NCBI GenBank assembly: GCA_963745025.1
Contig: CAVUWD010000016.1
Coordinates: 32,001 to 96,000, forward strand
DNA length: 64,000 nt
Direction of reading: 5' to 3'
Origin: an uncultured delta proteobacterium
GTDB lineage: Bacteria; Desulfobacterota; Binatia; JACPRU01
The notes beneath the pieces are model-generated. The model was not told the DNA's origin. It did not search any database and saw nothing but the letters and a program-made list of their open reading frames with translations. This document shows, one piece after another, positions 9,898 to 21,834 of this stretch. How positions within the stretch are numbered: the stretch's first letter is position 1; every line of letters starts with the position of its first letter. The position numbers and the translations under genes are program-made.

Positions 9898-10007
9898 CAG
9901 CCCATCGTGATCACTGATTCCGGGCGATGGAGACAGTCATCTATAGGGCTCGTAATCGCCGCTGAGAGGTCGCCCCTGACGAGGGGATGACCGGGAAGAG
10001 GATCACA

Positions 10008-10772
10008 TCAGGCCGACGCCTTGGCCGCCGCCGCGCGTGCCGCGCGAACGGAGTCGTTGGTCTGATTGAAGAGGATCGCGCGCGCTTTTTCCTCTTCCTC
10101 CGGTGTCCGTTGGCGGTCGCGCCACTCTTTCCCGACGTTGAAACCCCGCTCGACGGCGGGGCGCCCCCGCAGTTCCTCGACCCAGCGCTTCACGTTGGGG
10201 AACATCTCCCACAGGGACTCGTCGATCAGGCGTCCGAGGAGCATCGCCCAGGGCCAGGTGATGATGTCCGCGATGCTATAGTCGGCACCCGCCAAGTAGC
10301 GCTGCGCCGAGAGCTGCGCATCCATGACACCGCACAGCCGTTCGACCTCTCCGACGAAACGCTTGGTGCCGTACTCGAGCTGCTTCGGGTCGTCGATCAG
10401 CCGCTTGGCGTAGTTCTTGAAGTGGTTGGCGTTGCCCATCATCGGCCCGAGATTCGCCATCTGCCAGTAGACCCACTGCAGCACCCGGTAGCGGCCGCGC
10501 GGCTCCCTCGGCAGGAACTTGCCGCTCTTGTCGGCCAGGTACTCGAGGATCGCGCCCGACTCGAAGATCGTGATCGGATCGCCGCCGCCGAGCGGCACGT
10601 GGTCGACGATTGCCGGCATGCGGTTGTTCGGACTGAGGCGCAGGAATTCGGGCTTGAACTGATCGCCCGCGCCGATGTCGACGGGGACGATCGAGTACGG
10701 CAGGCCGCACTCCTCCAGCATGATGGTCACTTTCCACCCGTTCGGGGTCGGCCAGTAGTAGACGTCGATCAT
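10008..10772 (-). CDS. Glutathione S-transferase (YfcG/YghU-like)
   Basis: WPTPNGWK, SPNNRMPAI, FESGAIL, YSIADI. Confidence 0.93.
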   Translation of the reverse strand: MIDVYYWPTPNGWKVTIMLEECGLPYSIVPVDIGAGDQFKPEFLRLSPNNRMPAIVDHVPLGGGDPITIFESGAILEYLADKSGKFLPREPRGRYRVLQWVYWQMANLGPMMGNANHFKNYAKRLIDDPKQLEYGTKRFVGEVERLCGVMDAQLSAQRYLAGADYSIADIITWPWAMLLGRLIDESLWEMFPNVKRWVEELRGRPAVERGFNVGKEWRDRQRTPEEEEKARAILFNQTNDSVRAARAAAAKASA

Positions 10773-10889
10773 GATGCGCAAGATGCGCTGGCGGCGAAGC
10801 CAAGGCAACCGTTGCAGAGGTCTGCCTTCGTCTATCCCCCAAGGCTGGGGTTGCTGCTACAAACTGCCCGCAACTCTTCAAGCCACCCC

Positions 10890-12500
10890 GTGCGTAACGA
10901 GCCACTTCGAGACTGCTTCTGGATCTTCCTCGCCGGCCCTTTGATCGCGCTGACGCTGCAGCCGTTCCAGGACACGCCGCTGATCGACGACTGGACCTAC
11001 GCGTGGTCGGTGGAGTGGCTGCTCGAGCACGGCCAGTTGCGGATGCTCGATTGGAACCTCCACATCAACCCCGTTCATGTAGCCTGGGGCTGGCTGTTCT
11101 GCTTGCCCGCGGGATTTTCGTTCGTGGCGCTGCGGGTCTCGACGTTCGTGTCGGCGCTGGCGTGCGTGTGCGGCGTTTACATGCTGCTGCGCGAGCTGGA
11201 GGTGTCGCGGCGCGACGCGCTGCTCGGCGCGGGGGTGCTGGGACTGAACCCGATATTTTTCTTCCTCGGGATTTCGTTCATGACGGACGTGCCGTTCCTG
11301 GCACTGACGGCGTGGGCGGGCTGGGCGATGGTGCGCGCGTTGCGCGAGCGCAGCGACGGCTGGCTGGTGGCGGCATCGGCGTTGGCGGCGCTGGCGCTGG
11401 GCGTGCGTCAGGTGGGCGTGGTGATGCCGGTGGCGATGGCGATGGCGCTGCTGTTTCACGCGGAGAATTGGGGACGGCGACCGCGGCGCGTGCTGGTGGC
11501 ATTGCTGCCGCTGGCGTTTCTGGGACCGTTGCTCTGGTGGAGAGCGACTTGCACGGTGCACGTGGCGGACCTCTCCGACCTGGAGGCTGCACCGATGAAC
11601 AAGTTCTCGAATCTGCGTTACTCGCTGCCGCTGTTGCCGAAGATGTTGGCGTGGAACTTGGCCTTCACGGCCTCCGCTCTCGGCGTGGCGATGTTCCCGC
11701 TGGCGATGGCGTGCGTCCGGCGCGAGTTGTGTGGGCGCGCGTTGCTCGTCTTCGCGGTCGCGCTGGCCGCGCTGGTGGCAACGGTGTGGTGGCTGAAGCT
11801 GGCGTTCGCGCCGCCGTTTGCCGCAAGACAGACGTGGGCGCTTGGCGAACTGGGCACGACGGAGCCATTCGTGGCGAATTACACGTCGTTGACTGCTCCC
11901 GCTTGGGCGCTCTGGTCAGCGACGGTGGCGGCCGTCGCGTCGTTCGCGGTCGTGGTGGCAGCGTCTTGGCGTCGGCTGCGCGTGCGCGGCGAGGCATTCA
12001 TTGCGTGGCTGGCGCTGGGTCTGTTCCTGTTGTCGGCGGTGCTGTGGTTGTTCTACGACCGCTACTCGCTGCCGTTGGTGCCTTGCGTGACGGCGTTGTT
12101 GCTGGCGGGCCAGCCGGCGCTGCGGCGGCGCGCGGCGGCGCTGGCGCTCGCGTTGTTTGGCGTCGCGTCGTGGATCGGCGTGCGCGATCACCTCGCCTAC
12201 AACGGCGCGGTGTGGGACGCGGTGAAGTCGTTGCGTCAGTCGGGCGCGCGGGTATCGGAGATCGACGGCGGCTATGTGGTCAACGGCTGGTTCCAATACG
12301 CGCACCCACAGGACGCGCCGCGGGACGCGCAGGGGGGTATCGTCGTGCCCGGCATGACGACCAATTTCGTCTCCCTCCGCTACAAGATCGCCAACGAGCC
12401 GATGTCCGGTTGGAAAGAATTGCGCGCCTTCGGTTACCGGCGCTGGCTCGGCCGCTCGGGGAAGATTTACGTGCTCGAACAAGAGTCGGCGCAGCGGTAA
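10890..12500 (+). CDS. GT-C fold (ArnT/PMT-like) membrane glycosyltransferase
   Basis: First-loop DDWTY, FMTDVP and many TM segments; GTG start inferred. Confidence 0.78.
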   Translation: MRNEPLRDCFWIFLAGPLIALTLQPFQDTPLIDDWTYAWSVEWLLEHGQLRMLDWNLHINPVHVAWGWLFCLPAGFSFVALRVSTFVSALACVCGVYMLLRELEVSRRDALLGAGVLGLNPIFFFLGISFMTDVPFLALTAWAGWAMVRALRERSDGWLVAASALAALALGVRQVGVVMPVAMAMALLFHAENWGRRPRRVLVALLPLAFLGPLLWWRATCTVHVADLSDLEAAPMNKFSNLRYSLPLLPKMLAWNLAFTASALGVAMFPLAMACVRRELCGRALLVFAVALAALVATVWWLKLAFAPPFAARQTWALGELGTTEPFVANYTSLTAPAWALWSATVAAVASFAVVVAASWRRLRVRGEAFIAWLALGLFLLSAVLWLFYDRYSLPLVPCVTALLLAGQPALRRRAAALALALFGVASWIGVRDHLAYNGAVWDAVKSLRQSGARVSEIDGGYVVNGWFQYAHPQDAPRDAQGGIVVPGMTTNFVSLRYKIANEPMSGWKELRAFGYRRWLGRSGKIYVLEQESAQR

Positions 12501-12583
12501 CGTACACGACCAAAATGGTCATCAAAGGAGACGCGATCAACATGCAACATCTCGCTTGGATTCTTGGCCGGGCCGATGCCGCT

Positions 12584-13072
12584 CTAGTGCCGGCGGAGCG
12601 GCGCCACCGGATCCAGCCTCGCCTCCAGGAAGATCGCCCCCGGGATCGGATTGTGCCGGTACGGCAGGATGGGGGCGAAGCCGAGCGAGTAGTAGAGCGC
12701 GAGCGCTGCGTCCATGCCCGGCACGGTATCCAGCCGCATGAAGCGGTACCCGATGGCGCGCGCCTCCGCGAGGCCGCGGCCCAGGCCGAGGCCACGGTAC
12801 GCCGGCCGCACATACATCCGCTTCATCTCGCAGTGCTCGCCATCGATGCGACGGAGCGCCACGCAGCCCGCGGGCTGCCCGTCCACCCAGGCGAGCAGGA
12901 TCCGGCCGGACGGCGGCGCGTACGCGCCCGGGAGCGATTCCAGCTCGGCGTCGAAGTCCTGGAACTCCAGCCCGAACGAGAGCGAGCCTGCGTACTCGAG
13001 GAAGAGATCGTGTGCGGTGTGCAGGTCCGCGCCCTCTTCGGCGGGGCGAATGTCGCAGGTTCGACTCGGCAC
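12584..13072 (-). CDS. GNAT N-acetyltransferase
   Basis: CEMKRMYVRPAYRGLGLG acetyl-CoA motif, MRLDT, LYYSLGF. Confidence 0.9.
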   Translation of the reverse strand: MPSRTCDIRPAEEGADLHTAHDLFLEYAGSLSFGLEFQDFDAELESLPGAYAPPSGRILLAWVDGQPAGCVALRRIDGEHCEMKRMYVRPAYRGLGLGRGLAEARAIGYRFMRLDTVPGMDAALALYYSLGFAPILPYRHNPIPGAIFLEARLDPVAPLRRH

Positions 13073-13161
13073 GCGCCGCGGGCGTGGCGCCTATGGAATC
13101 GCCACGTGGTGGCTGCAGGGTTCGGTCGCTTGGGCTGAGCGACCTTGCCGTAGCCCTGGGG

Positions 13162-13476
13162 CTAGCGACCGTAGGTCTTGACGGCTCGCTCGATGGCGGG
13201 GCCCGCTTTGGCAAGATCCTCCGGGATCATCACCGGATGGAGCTCGATGCTGGCGTTGAAGGCGAGGAACCACGGCTCGGCAATCGCGGGGATCTGTGAC
13301 GCGTCCTTCATGTCGAGCACGATGAACCCCGTGCGTTGGCCGTTGTCGTCGGTGAAGTAGGCGGCCTCGGGCTTCAGGCCTTTCAGAATGGATTGGATGG
13401 TTTCGCCGAGCTTTCCGGCCTTCGCGGCCGCATTGCCCGCGTCGACGGGGATGTTCACCTTGAGCAGGAAGCGCAT
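13162..13476 (-). CDS. Small conserved protein (DUF3303-like)
   Basis: KPEAAYF...G.RTGF...SQIPAIAEPWF; GGAGG RBS. Confidence 0.75.
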   Translation of the reverse strand: MRFLLKVNIPVDAGNAAAKAGKLGETIQSILKGLKPEAAYFTDDNGQRTGFIVLDMKDASQIPAIAEPWFLAFNASIELHPVMIPEDLAKAGPAIERAVKTYGR

Positions 13477-13857
13477 GGATTACCTCCGGTTTGAGCGTGC
13501 ACGTACTATCGACAGTGCTGCGTATAGCCGACTCGGATCAACGATAGCCACTGGTGCGCTGAGAAAAAACAACCGGGATCGCGTTGGGCTTCGTACACAC
13601 CGTTGCACAGCGGCCGTCCGGGGATGTGCTATTAGCCCCAGGGGGATACTGGAGAATCACGTGAACTCCTTTCACGGAGAGCGGGGTCTCGCAGGACGGC
13701 TTAGCGCTCGCCGCCGAAATCAGGTTGAACGGCCGCGAGTTCTTCCGCAGGCGCTGGCGGCGGTGACCACCGGGTGCCTACCTTCAAGAGTTGGGATCGA
13801 TCTGGTGACCGCCGCCGCCCGTTCCCGGCGCGGTCAACAGCATCGCCGGAGGAGACG

Positions 13858-15130
13858 ATGAACGATTTCATGCTGGATGAGCAGGGACGCGCGCTGCAAG
13901 ACAAGGCGCGCGAATTCGTCAAGAACGAGGTTGACCCGGAATACCTGCGGCGCATGGACCGCGACGAGATCCGCTTCCCCCGTGCGCTCTACGAGTCCTA
14001 CTCGAAGCACCAGCTCCTCGGGCTGCGCTTTTCTCCGCAGTACGGTGGCCAAGGAGCCAGTTGGGTCAATGAATGCGCCGCCATGGGAGAGATCGGCGCG
14101 CTGGGGATGGCCGCCGGCTGCGCCTACGTCATGCCCTCGATCGTTGGCGAGGCGCTGAACACGTTTGGAACCGAGGAGCAGAAACGAACGCTATCTCAAA
14201 CCGATGCTGGAGGGGAAGTTGGTCTCCGCCGAAGCTCTGACCGAGCCGCGCGGCGGCTCGGATTTCTTCGGCGCCAGCAGCCGCGCCGAAGACAAGGGCG
14301 ATCACTTCGTCGTGCGCGGCATGAAACGCTTCATCGTCGGCGCCGAAGGCGCGGACTTCTTTCTCGCGTACGTGCGCACCAACTCCGCCGTCGAGGCGCC
14401 GGCGCATCAGCGGATCAGCGCGATGATCATCGACCGCGGCCCCGGCGTGGAGGTGAAGTACCTCTACGGCCTGATGGGCACGCGCGGCGGCGGCACCGGA
14501 CGCGTGGTGTTCCGTGACGTCAAGGTGCCCAAGGCCAACCTCATCGGCCCGCTGCACGGCGGCGCCTTGGTGTTCAACACCATGATGATCCCCGAACGCC
14601 TGACCAGCGCGGCGCCGTGCACCGGAATGATGCAGGCGTGCCTGGACGTGGCGATGAACTACGCCGACCGTCGCAAGGCCTTCGGCACGCCGATCCGCAA
14701 GTTCCAGGCGGTGAGCTTCATGATTGCCAAGGCCCAGGTGCTCATCGACGCCAGCAAGGCGATGATCTATCAGGCGGCGCGCGCCGCGGATGTCGGCGCC
14801 CCGACGGTGCGTCGCATCGTCTCCGAGACCAAGAAGTTCGTCACCGAGGCGGCGTGGGACGTCGCCAACCTCGCCATGCAGATCACCGGCGGCATCGGCT
14901 ACACCGACGTCTACCCGATCGAACGTGCCGTGCGCGACACACGCCTGGCGCAGATCTGGACGGGCACCAACGAGATCATGAGCGTCATGATCCAGCACGA
15001 TCTCTACCAGGAGTTCCACGCCAGCCGCGGTCGCTACCGCGACTTCGAGCACGACGCCATGCACGCCGACGACTCGGAGAAGATCTTCGACGACGACGAT
15101 ATGTGGAAGGTCTACGACCAGCAGAAATGA
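13858..15130 (+). CDS. Acyl-CoA dehydrogenase (one frameshift near 14185, likely sequencing error)
   Basis: [40 protein letters not shown]; EEQK/ERYL split by one extra base. Confidence 0.9.
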
Positions 15131-15187
15131 CTGCTTGGCCGGTTGCTTCGCGCGTGTCGGTCGGGCGAAGCTGGGGTGGGTCATGGG

Positions 15188-15406
15188 TCATGTCGGGCTC
15201 CTCAGCCGCCACCGCCGCACCGCGACGAACGACCAGATGGCTTCCACTACTCCGAACGGCCACGCCCCTTGAAGGAATCCGTAGGCCGACCCCAAGGCAC
15301 ACGCCGCGGCGAATCCCAAAACAAACCAGTGGCTATGATCCTCGAGCGCGTAGCACACCAGCATCGCCGTCACCGCGAACAACCCAAAGAGCGTCAGCGG
15401 ATCCAT
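15188..15406 (-). CDS. Small membrane protein (72 aa)
   Basis: Hydrophobic, with YGFLQGAWPFGVVEAIWS motif. Confidence 0.75.
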   Translation of the reverse strand: MDPLTLFGLFAVTAMLVCYALEDHSHWFVLGFAAACALGSAYGFLQGAWPFGVVEAIWSFVAVRRWRLRSPT

Positions 15407-15521
15407 CGGTCCGAGTGCCTGCTTGAGACGCCGTGGTGGGCGGTGGCGTCACTGTTCCTGCCTGCACCTACCCCGGGAGGGCGCGCGATCCACGACCTGT
15501 TGATCGCCGGCTCCACCGAGG

Positions 15522-17378
15522 CTACCGCGAAAGACCATCGGCCCCGCTCGCGTTCCCTGGCGGCTCGGGCCCCATGGCGGGCAAACGCTCGGCGAAGACG
15601 ACCGGCGTGCGCGCGCTCTCGCCGCGCTCCTCGCCCGCGAAGCGCTCGCGCCACAGCGCCGCATCCGCTCGCCGAGCGGCTCGCCGCCATTCGACGTCCG
15701 AGAGCACGTAGAACCCCGGACTGGGATTCTCGGCGCACGACCCTTCGGACGTGACCCGGGCGCGCTCGGGTTCCGCAAGGTAAAGGAGCAACACCAGGCT
15801 CGTGTCCTCGCCGATGCCGCAAATCCTGAGGTCGCTCGCCGCAGGCATGGACCGGTCGATGCTCGTTACGAGGGTCTTCGGTGAGAGCTGCCTGGCCATC
15901 ACGGCCCCGACAGTCGGCACGACGGCGGCGTAGAAGATTCCGAGACAGACCCATGCGGCGACGAGCGCCGCGCCGCGATCGCGCTTGCCGAGCGCGCGCA
16001 GCAGCGCACCGAGAGCGATCAGGCAGGCGGCGCCAGCGCCGAAGCCGACGGCCGCATCGAGCGGGCCGAGCGACCCGTTTTCCACCCAGGCCCGCACGGC
16101 CGGCGGAGCCGCCACGGCGCCAATGAGTGCGGCCAGCGCGCAGGCGAGCGCCGGACGTGCCCCGCGGCGAAGCTCATCGCCGATTCCGACAAACGGCAGC
16201 GGCGCCCCAAGCAGAACCACGCGATCGAGATACCATCCGACGAGCAGCGCTTCGGCGGGCAGCGCCGGCAGCAGATACGCGCGGCGCTTGTACGCGGCGA
16301 TCTGGAAGAAGGCGATCACGGCGATCCACCAGGCCGCGCAGAACACCGCCGCGGGCTCGCGTCGGCGCCACACGGCGACGAGCGCGACGAGCGCGACGAG
16401 GCTCCAGGGAAACGAGTCGAGCAGCCAGGGCAGCAGGTAGAAATCCTCGCGCATGCGCCCGGTCATGCCGACGAACTGGTTGAAGTTTTCGGCGACGAGC
16501 TGGGAGCGCACGACCGCGCCGCCGCTCGCCGCGTTCGAGAGCACGTACCACGGCAGCGCGACCGCGAGCGCCGCGAGCAGCGCCGTGAGCCACGCCAACC
16601 CGCGCGGCGCCGCCGGGGGGCCCGGCAGAAACGGCGCCACCGCGAGGAACGTGCCGCAGGCGAGCCCCGGAAGAACGATTCCGAGCGGCCCCTTGGCCAG
16701 CACGGCGAGGCCGGCGACGGCGCCGGCGAAGGCAAGCCAGCCCGAGCGCCGCTCGAGCAGCGCACGTCCGGCGCACAGCGTGGCGAGCGTCGTGAGCGAG
16801 GCGAGCAACATGTCCACGCGGCCGAAGCGCGCCTGGTACGAGAACTGGAAGGTCGTGAGCAGCACGGCGGCGGCGAACAGCGCGGCGCGCCCGCCGACGA
16901 GTGGAGTGCCGGCGGCGGCCACCGCGAAGATCAACAGCGATGCCGCCAGCGCCGAAGGCGCGCGCAGCGCCCACTCGTCGAACCGGCGTGCCAGCTCCTT
17001 CCTCGAAGCTGCAGGCGGGCCGAAGAGCCGGGTGCGTGCCCACACGGCTGACGCCGCCAACCAGTGGAACAGTGGCGGCTTGTCGGGGATCCTTTCGCCG
17101 TTCTCGAGGTGGTTCGCCACCGACGGCGCGACGAAGTTTCCCGAGGCAAGCATCGCTCGCGCGTAGACGCCTTCGCGGGCTTCGTTCGCGACGTAGACCG
17201 GCGCCTCGCCGAGGCGGTTGAAGCAGGCCACCACGGCCCAGGCGACGAGCGCCGCGATCCACGGCCCGCGCCGCCGCGATCTCGCTGGCTCGGCGCAGCT
17301 CGAGACCGATGCGCTGCAGTCGATGGCGGGTGTCGGCAAAGGTATCGGCGAGGAAATCATTGATGCGTTCGCCCGCAT
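15522..17378 (-). CDS. ArnT/GT39-like membrane glycosyltransferase (start uncertain)
   Basis: [35 protein letters not shown]. Confidence 0.88.
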   Translation of the reverse strand: MRANASMISSPIPLPTPAIDCSASVSSCAEPARSRRRGPWIAALVAWAVVACFNRLGEAPVYVANEAREGVYARAMLASGNFVAPSVANHLENGERIPDKPPLFHWLAASAVWARTRLFGPPAASRKELARRFDEWALRAPSALAASLLIFAVAAAGTPLVGGRAALFAAAVLLTTFQFSYQARFGRVDMLLASLTTLATLCAGRALLERRSGWLAFAGAVAGLAVLAKGPLGIVLPGLACGTFLAVAPFLPGPPAAPRGLAWLTALLAALAVALPWYVLSNAASGGAVVRSQLVAENFNQFVGMTGRMREDFYLLPWLLDSFPWSLVALVALVAVWRRREPAAVFCAAWWIAVIAFFQIAAYKRRAYLLPALPAEALLVGWYLDRVVLLGAPLPFVGIGDELRRGARPALACALAALIGAVAAPPAVRAWVENGSLGPLDAAVGFGAGAACLIALGALLRALGKRDRGAALVAAWVCLGIFYAAVVPTVGAVMARQLSPKTLVTSIDRSMPAASDLRICGIGEDTSLVLLLYLAEPERARVTSEGSCAENPSPGFYVLSDVEWRRAARRADAALWRERFAGEERGESARTPVVFAERLPAMGPEPPGNASGADGLSR

Positions 17379-17580
17379 CTCCCCAAGGTCGGTGACGCCG
17401 CCCTACTCCCGCTCTCCGCCACGGCGTTGATCGGCGAGTTCGGCGAAGTAGATCTCGGGTGCCTCCGCTCCGATCGCAATGTTGATCTCGCTTTGCGCGA
17501 GCACATAGTCGCGATCTGGTTGTACCGCCCACGGCTCATTCCCTGGCCCTTGAGGTATTTTCTCGGCAAGACGTGATGAA
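17345..17580 (-). pseudogene. C-terminal relic of a DUF262/GmrSD-like protein
   Basis: [23 protein letters not shown], frameshift, [25 protein letters not shown], in-frame stop, [12 protein letters not shown]. Confidence 0.65.
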
Positions 17581-20500
17581 CAGTCGAGCCGAGATGGAGA
17601 TCAGGGCGAGAACTGCCAGAGTCACGGCCGATACGAACGCTCCGAGGCGACGAGGTACGGTCGGCTGCAGCGCGAGAACGATGCGATGCGTGCCCGCGGG
17701 GACCTCGAACGTCATCGTGCCGCGCGTCGGCACCACCGATATCGGTGTGTTCTCTCCGTCGATTGAAACCGTCCACCCGGGATAGAAGAATGTGCGCGTC
17801 TCGACCGGTGTCGCTCGTGGCGCAGTGACCCAGATCTCCTGCCGCTGTGCTCGCATGACGGTCTCCCCGACGGTGACGGGGTGCTCGAGACCTCTGAGCG
17901 CCTCCTCGGTGAACGGCGGCCGGGCTTCGACCGCCTGCGGCTCGTACTCTTCGCGCGTCGTGGTATTGATGCCTTTGCGGGCGATCGAGTCGGGCGAGTA
18001 GAACTCGTCGTCGAATGTGAGGTAGCCCTTGGGCTCGGTGTGGGCTACGTTCAGGGCGACGAACGCAAGCGCCGCGAAGGTCTGCCACCGCGGGGCGAGC
18101 CGCTCGAGCGCAGGGGCGGCGGCGAGCGGCAGGAACAAAGCGGGCAGCATCAGCGCACGCCAGGGGTAGGCAAGATACTGCAGCGTCGCCACCCGCTCCC
18201 ATAGGGGCGACGACCAACTCGTCGCCAGCCATGCGCCGATGGTGGCCAATGCGGCGAATGCGATCGCCTCTGCCCGACGAGGGACGGGAGCCTGTTCGTC
18301 GCTTTCCCGCCTGCCGAGTGCGAGCGCCACCCCGGCGACGCCGAGGAGGATGTGGAGCGGACCGATGGCGAACGAGAGACCGTCATTCGTGCCCGGCACG
18401 GAAAGGCCATAACCCCATCGCGACCACAGGAGTTGCCAGACGGCAACCGTATGCTCGCTCCAGCGTAAGAATCCTTCGCGCAGGAGGTTCGTCTTCACCA
18501 GGTCCTTATCGAGGAGGGCAGGAAGCCAAAAGAAGGCGCTCGAGCCGAGGCCGCCAAGGACGCTCGCGCAAGCGGCGAATGTACCCGCGACACTACGCCT
18601 TCCGATAGCACTCGCGACGCCGGCAAGGGCCAGCGAGGGGACGAGAAGCAGCGCCGCCCCGTTGTGGGCGAGTGGAATCAGTCCGAACGCGATGCTCGCA
18701 GCAGCGATCCGTCCCGCCGACGGACGGTCGACCGCGCGGAGAAGAAAAAGAAGCGCCAGGGGTGCGATCAGAAGCGCGGACGCCTCGGCGAATGCAGCGC
18801 GCACGTAGAGATCGAGCGAGAGATAGGGAGCGAAGAGCCAGGCAGTCGCCACGCCGAGCGCCCCCACCGGGCTCGCGATGGCGCGACGGCCCAGGCAGAA
18901 CATGGCACCGGCACCGACGGCGACGAGCAGCACCAGGCCGAATTGCAGCGCGTCCGTGAGCCGACAGCCGATCGCATAGAAGGGAAGCGCCACGAAGTAG
19001 AGCAGTGGCGGCGCAAACTCGAACAGCGGTTGCCCGTGGCCGCTCGAGAGGTCGGGAGCCCAGATGGGCGGGAAGTGACCCTCGTGAAGTACCCGCGCCA
19101 TCTCGACGAGCCGGGGAGAATACTCCCGCGCGTCGTGACCATCGACGAGCCTCCCGCGAAGGAGGGGACGCGCGGCGACCACGACGAGCAGAGCGGCCGC
19201 TCCGATCATGCGCCAGCTTGGCGTGTCGAGGCGGGCGCCGAGCCGCGAAAAACCCCGGCCGGCGGCCCGATCGAGTGCCTCCACGGCGCGGCGGCGAGTG
19301 AACAGGGCGACGAAGCCGGCCGCTCCGACGAGGAAGAGCAGCGGCTTCAGAGGTCCCGGCTCGTAGCGTAGCTCGACCTCGTGCTCGCCGGCGGGGACGG
19401 GAAATGCCGCGAACCCCGGAGTCACCGCAATGATCTGCACCGGACTGCCGTCGACGGTAGCCGAGAGATCCGGATGCCACGAGAGCTTGGCGAGAACGTG
19501 ACAGGGGCGCTTCGCCGAGACTCGGGCGTGGTAGATCTCGCCTTCCTTCGTCTCGCCGAGAACCCGTCCGCGAGGGGCGAGCGCCTCCGGCCCCGGCATC
19601 GGCAGCCCCTCCCAGCGTCCGATCGTAGGTAGTGGGGCAGCGGGCCCGCCGAGGGCGATCACGGTCCCTGCCTGTGGAAGGCTCGTGCCGAGCCACGTCG
19701 CGCTCGGCTCGTACCAGGTCGAGCGCGGCCCGGTGTAGCGGGCGACCACGTCGACGAGACCGAAGTATCCCTCCGGCGATGCCTCGTAGACGGCGAAGCG
19801 GCCGTGTGTCGCGCGAAGCCTGAGATTCGGCGGCATCGCCTTTCCCGCCGGGGCGACGACTGCCCGCACGGCGAAGACCAGATCGTGCACGGCGCTCCCC
19901 TCGTCGCGCAGCGTCATGACGTCCGAGCCGAGCGACATCGAATGGTAGAGGAAGCTTGCTTGATCGAGGTGGGCGCGGGTGAGAAACGCGTAGACGGAAA
20001 CCGAGCCGACGCGAAAGCCCTTTCCCCAAGTCGCCGCCTTTCCGGCCGCTACGCGCCCCGGCCTCTCGGCGAGAATGGCCCGCACGTCGCCGAGCGCGGC
20101 GTCGAGATCGGGGCGCTCCCGCTCGACGGCGGCGAGATTCTCCTCGCCCCACTCGGCGTTGAGCCTCAGGTAGCGCCCACGATCGACGAGGGCCGGAGCG
20201 ATCGCGGCGATCAGCGACAGCGCACCGAGCGCGCCGAGCGCCGCGTGGCGCGATGCCAACGCCTCGATCACGCGCTCGACACCGAAGGCGGCGAGAAGAA
20301 TCGCCGACAGCTCGAAGGCCGCCTGCAGGCGGTGGAGGTGAAAGTCGGCCGGCACTCCGACGAGTACGAGGAGGTGTCCCCAAGTCGTGCGTCCGAAGTA
20401 GAGAGCGAGCCACACGGCCGCGAGCGCGAGGAGGCGGCGCGAGAGGGAGTCACGAAAAGTCGCGAGCGCGGCGGCTATACCCACGACGGCGAGGAGCGAC

Positions 20501-21399
20501 AGTGCCGCAGAGCGCCCAGAGTCGAAGAAGCGGCCCGAGAGGATCTCCGCGAGGAGAAATCGCGCGCCGAGGGAATCCCACTTGAACCAATCCTCGAAGC
20601 GGCTGTGGTTCACTGCAACCCGGCCGAGAAAGAGCGGGACGACGAACCAGAGAACGAGGAGCCCGGCGGGAACGAGAATGGTCGTGAGCCGTGCGAGCCG
20701 CTCCGCGCGTTTGCCCTCAAGCCCGAACATCGCGAGGACGACCGCGGACACTACGGCCACGTAGCCGAAAACGATGTGCGAGAGGGCCGTCGCGGCGACC
20801 AGGAGCGAAGCCGCCGCCCGCCCGCGGCCGCAATCGACCGCGTGCCGGGTCGCCCCGAGCGCCCAAACTAGGAAGTGCAGCGCCACCAGCTGGGTGAAGA
20901 GCCCCGAGCCCCGCCACACCTCCGCCCCGTAGCCGAGGCCATAGCGGTCGAGATCACCCGAAGCGCTCGGTAAAAGGACGAGAAGCGACGCGAGACCGCA
21001 AGCGACTGGGGAGAGGCCGAAGAGCCGCCCGCCGCCGTAGACACTCGCGGGAAAGAGGACGATGAGTGCGTAGACGAGGGCAGCGAACGCGCGGTCGTGT
21101 GTCACCCAGCGCTCGCTCGCTTCGAGCCAAAGAGCGCCCGCGAGGTGCGGCAGCGGCTGATAGCTCCGCCATACGGGATAGCCGAGGGACCACTCCGAGA
21201 CCCAAGGATCGAGAAAGGGCTCGTTGTGCGTGCAGGCTAGCTTGAGCCTCTCCGAAGCCGCGAGGTGAAAGACGACGTCGTTCAGAGGCGCCCGCTCGAT
21301 TCGAAGCTCCGGCGCAAGAAACACGGCGCCGAAGAGAATCGCCGAGGCGAGAAGGAGCGGCCCGATGAGTTCTCGAGGCAACAAGCTCCGGTGGGGCAC
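17536..21399 (-). CDS. 1287-aa membrane protein with two tandem PTPS-related/YfhO-like GT-C modules
   Basis: Two halves: NDVVFH...W.LGYPVW..YQPL and GHDAREY...W.PDL..GHGQPLF.FAPPL; each ends in a YfhO-like W..TVDG...VPAGEH domain. Confidence 0.8.
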   Translation of the reverse strand: MPHRSLLPRELIGPLLLASAILFGAVFLAPELRIERAPLNDVVFHLAASERLKLACTHNEPFLDPWVSEWSLGYPVWRSYQPLPHLAGALWLEASERWVTHDRAFAALVYALIVLFPASVYGGGRLFGLSPVACGLASLLVLLPSASGDLDRYGLGYGAEVWRGSGLFTQLVALHFLVWALGATRHAVDCGRGRAAASLLVAATALSHIVFGYVAVVSAVVLAMFGLEGKRAERLARLTTILVPAGLLVLWFVVPLFLGRVAVNHSRFEDWFKWDSLGARFLLAEILSGRFFDSGRSAALSLLAVVGIAAALATFRDSLSRRLLALAAVWLALYFGRTTWGHLLVLVGVPADFHLHRLQAAFELSAILLAAFGVERVIEALASRHAALGALGALSLIAAIAPALVDRGRYLRLNAEWGEENLAAVERERPDLDAALGDVRAILAERPGRVAAGKAATWGKGFRVGSVSVYAFLTRAHLDQASFLYHSMSLGSDVMTLRDEGSAVHDLVFAVRAVVAPAGKAMPPNLRLRATHGRFAVYEASPEGYFGLVDVVARYTGPRSTWYEPSATWLGTSLPQAGTVIALGGPAAPLPTIGRWEGLPMPGPEALAPRGRVLGETKEGEIYHARVSAKRPCHVLAKLSWHPDLSATVDGSPVQIIAVTPGFAAFPVPAGEHEVELRYEPGPLKPLLFLVGAAGFVALFTRRRAVEALDRAAGRGFSRLGARLDTPSWRMIGAAALLVVVAARPLLRGRLVDGHDAREYSPRLVEMARVLHEGHFPPIWAPDLSSGHGQPLFEFAPPLLYFVALPFYAIGCRLTDALQFGLVLLVAVGAGAMFCLGRRAIASPVGALGVATAWLFAPYLSLDLYVRAAFAEASALLIAPLALLFLLRAVDRPSAGRIAAASIAFGLIPLAHNGAALLLVPSLALAGVASAIGRRSVAGTFAACASVLGGLGSSAFFWLPALLDKDLVKTNLLREGFLRWSEHTVAVWQLLWSRWGYGLSVPGTNDGLSFAIGPLHILLGVAGVALALGRRESDEQAPVPRRAEAIAFAALATIGAWLATSWSSPLWERVATLQYLAYPWRALMLPALFLPLAAAPALERLAPRWQTFAALAFVALNVAHTEPKGYLTFDDEFYSPDSIARKGINTTTREEYEPQAVEARPPFTEEALRGLEHPVTVGETVMRAQRQEIWVTAPRATPVETRTFFYPGWTVSIDGENTPISVVPTRGTMTFEVPAGTHRIVLALQPTVPRRLGAFVSAVTLAVLALISISARLFITSCRENTSRARE

Positions 21400-21402
21400 G
21401 TC

Positions 21403-21765
21403 GATCCTTTAGCGCTTTTCGTGCGCGAGTTGGATCACGCTCCAGAGTCGGGGGCCTGCGCCCGCTCCATGAACGAACGCTTCGTCCCGGATGGCTGGGA
21501 ACTTCACCGAGCGGTTGCTCGGCTCGACCTGAAGCGCGGGTGCTCCGTTTGCAAAGGCACCCCGACAGGACCCTCATCCGGAGCGACGAAGGCTTCGAAT
21601 TCTCGGGTTGTCACGTCCACGGCGGGCGGGATGGAGATCGCCCCGAACACGGTTGTCCGGGTCTACAATCGAAGGCCGGGAGGAGAGCCTTGCGGCGTCT
21701 CCTCCCGACTTGGGGAGGTTGGTCAGCGTTCCACGCACTGGGCCGGTGCCGAACTCAGCGTGGAT
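21403..21765 (+). pseudogene. Degenerate reverse transcriptase C-terminal fragment (group II-like, no maturase domain seen)
   Basis: Across two frameshifts: FVRELDH..ARSMNE (decayed VRxMDD)..WELHRAV..LQRHPDRTLI..EGFEFSGCH..VYNRRPGGEPCGVSSRLG..WAGAEL. Confidence 0.6.
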
Positions 21766-21834
21766 CTGCCTCACTCACTCCCGTGTCCCGCTCGGCTGGC
21801 GGGTCACAGCTCTCCGCTGGATTCCAGGCGAGGT

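Noticed and set aside
9987-10889. N-terminal 300 aa of the 837-aa ORF
   Set aside because: Antisense shadow of the GST gene; the glycosyltransferase most likely starts at 10890
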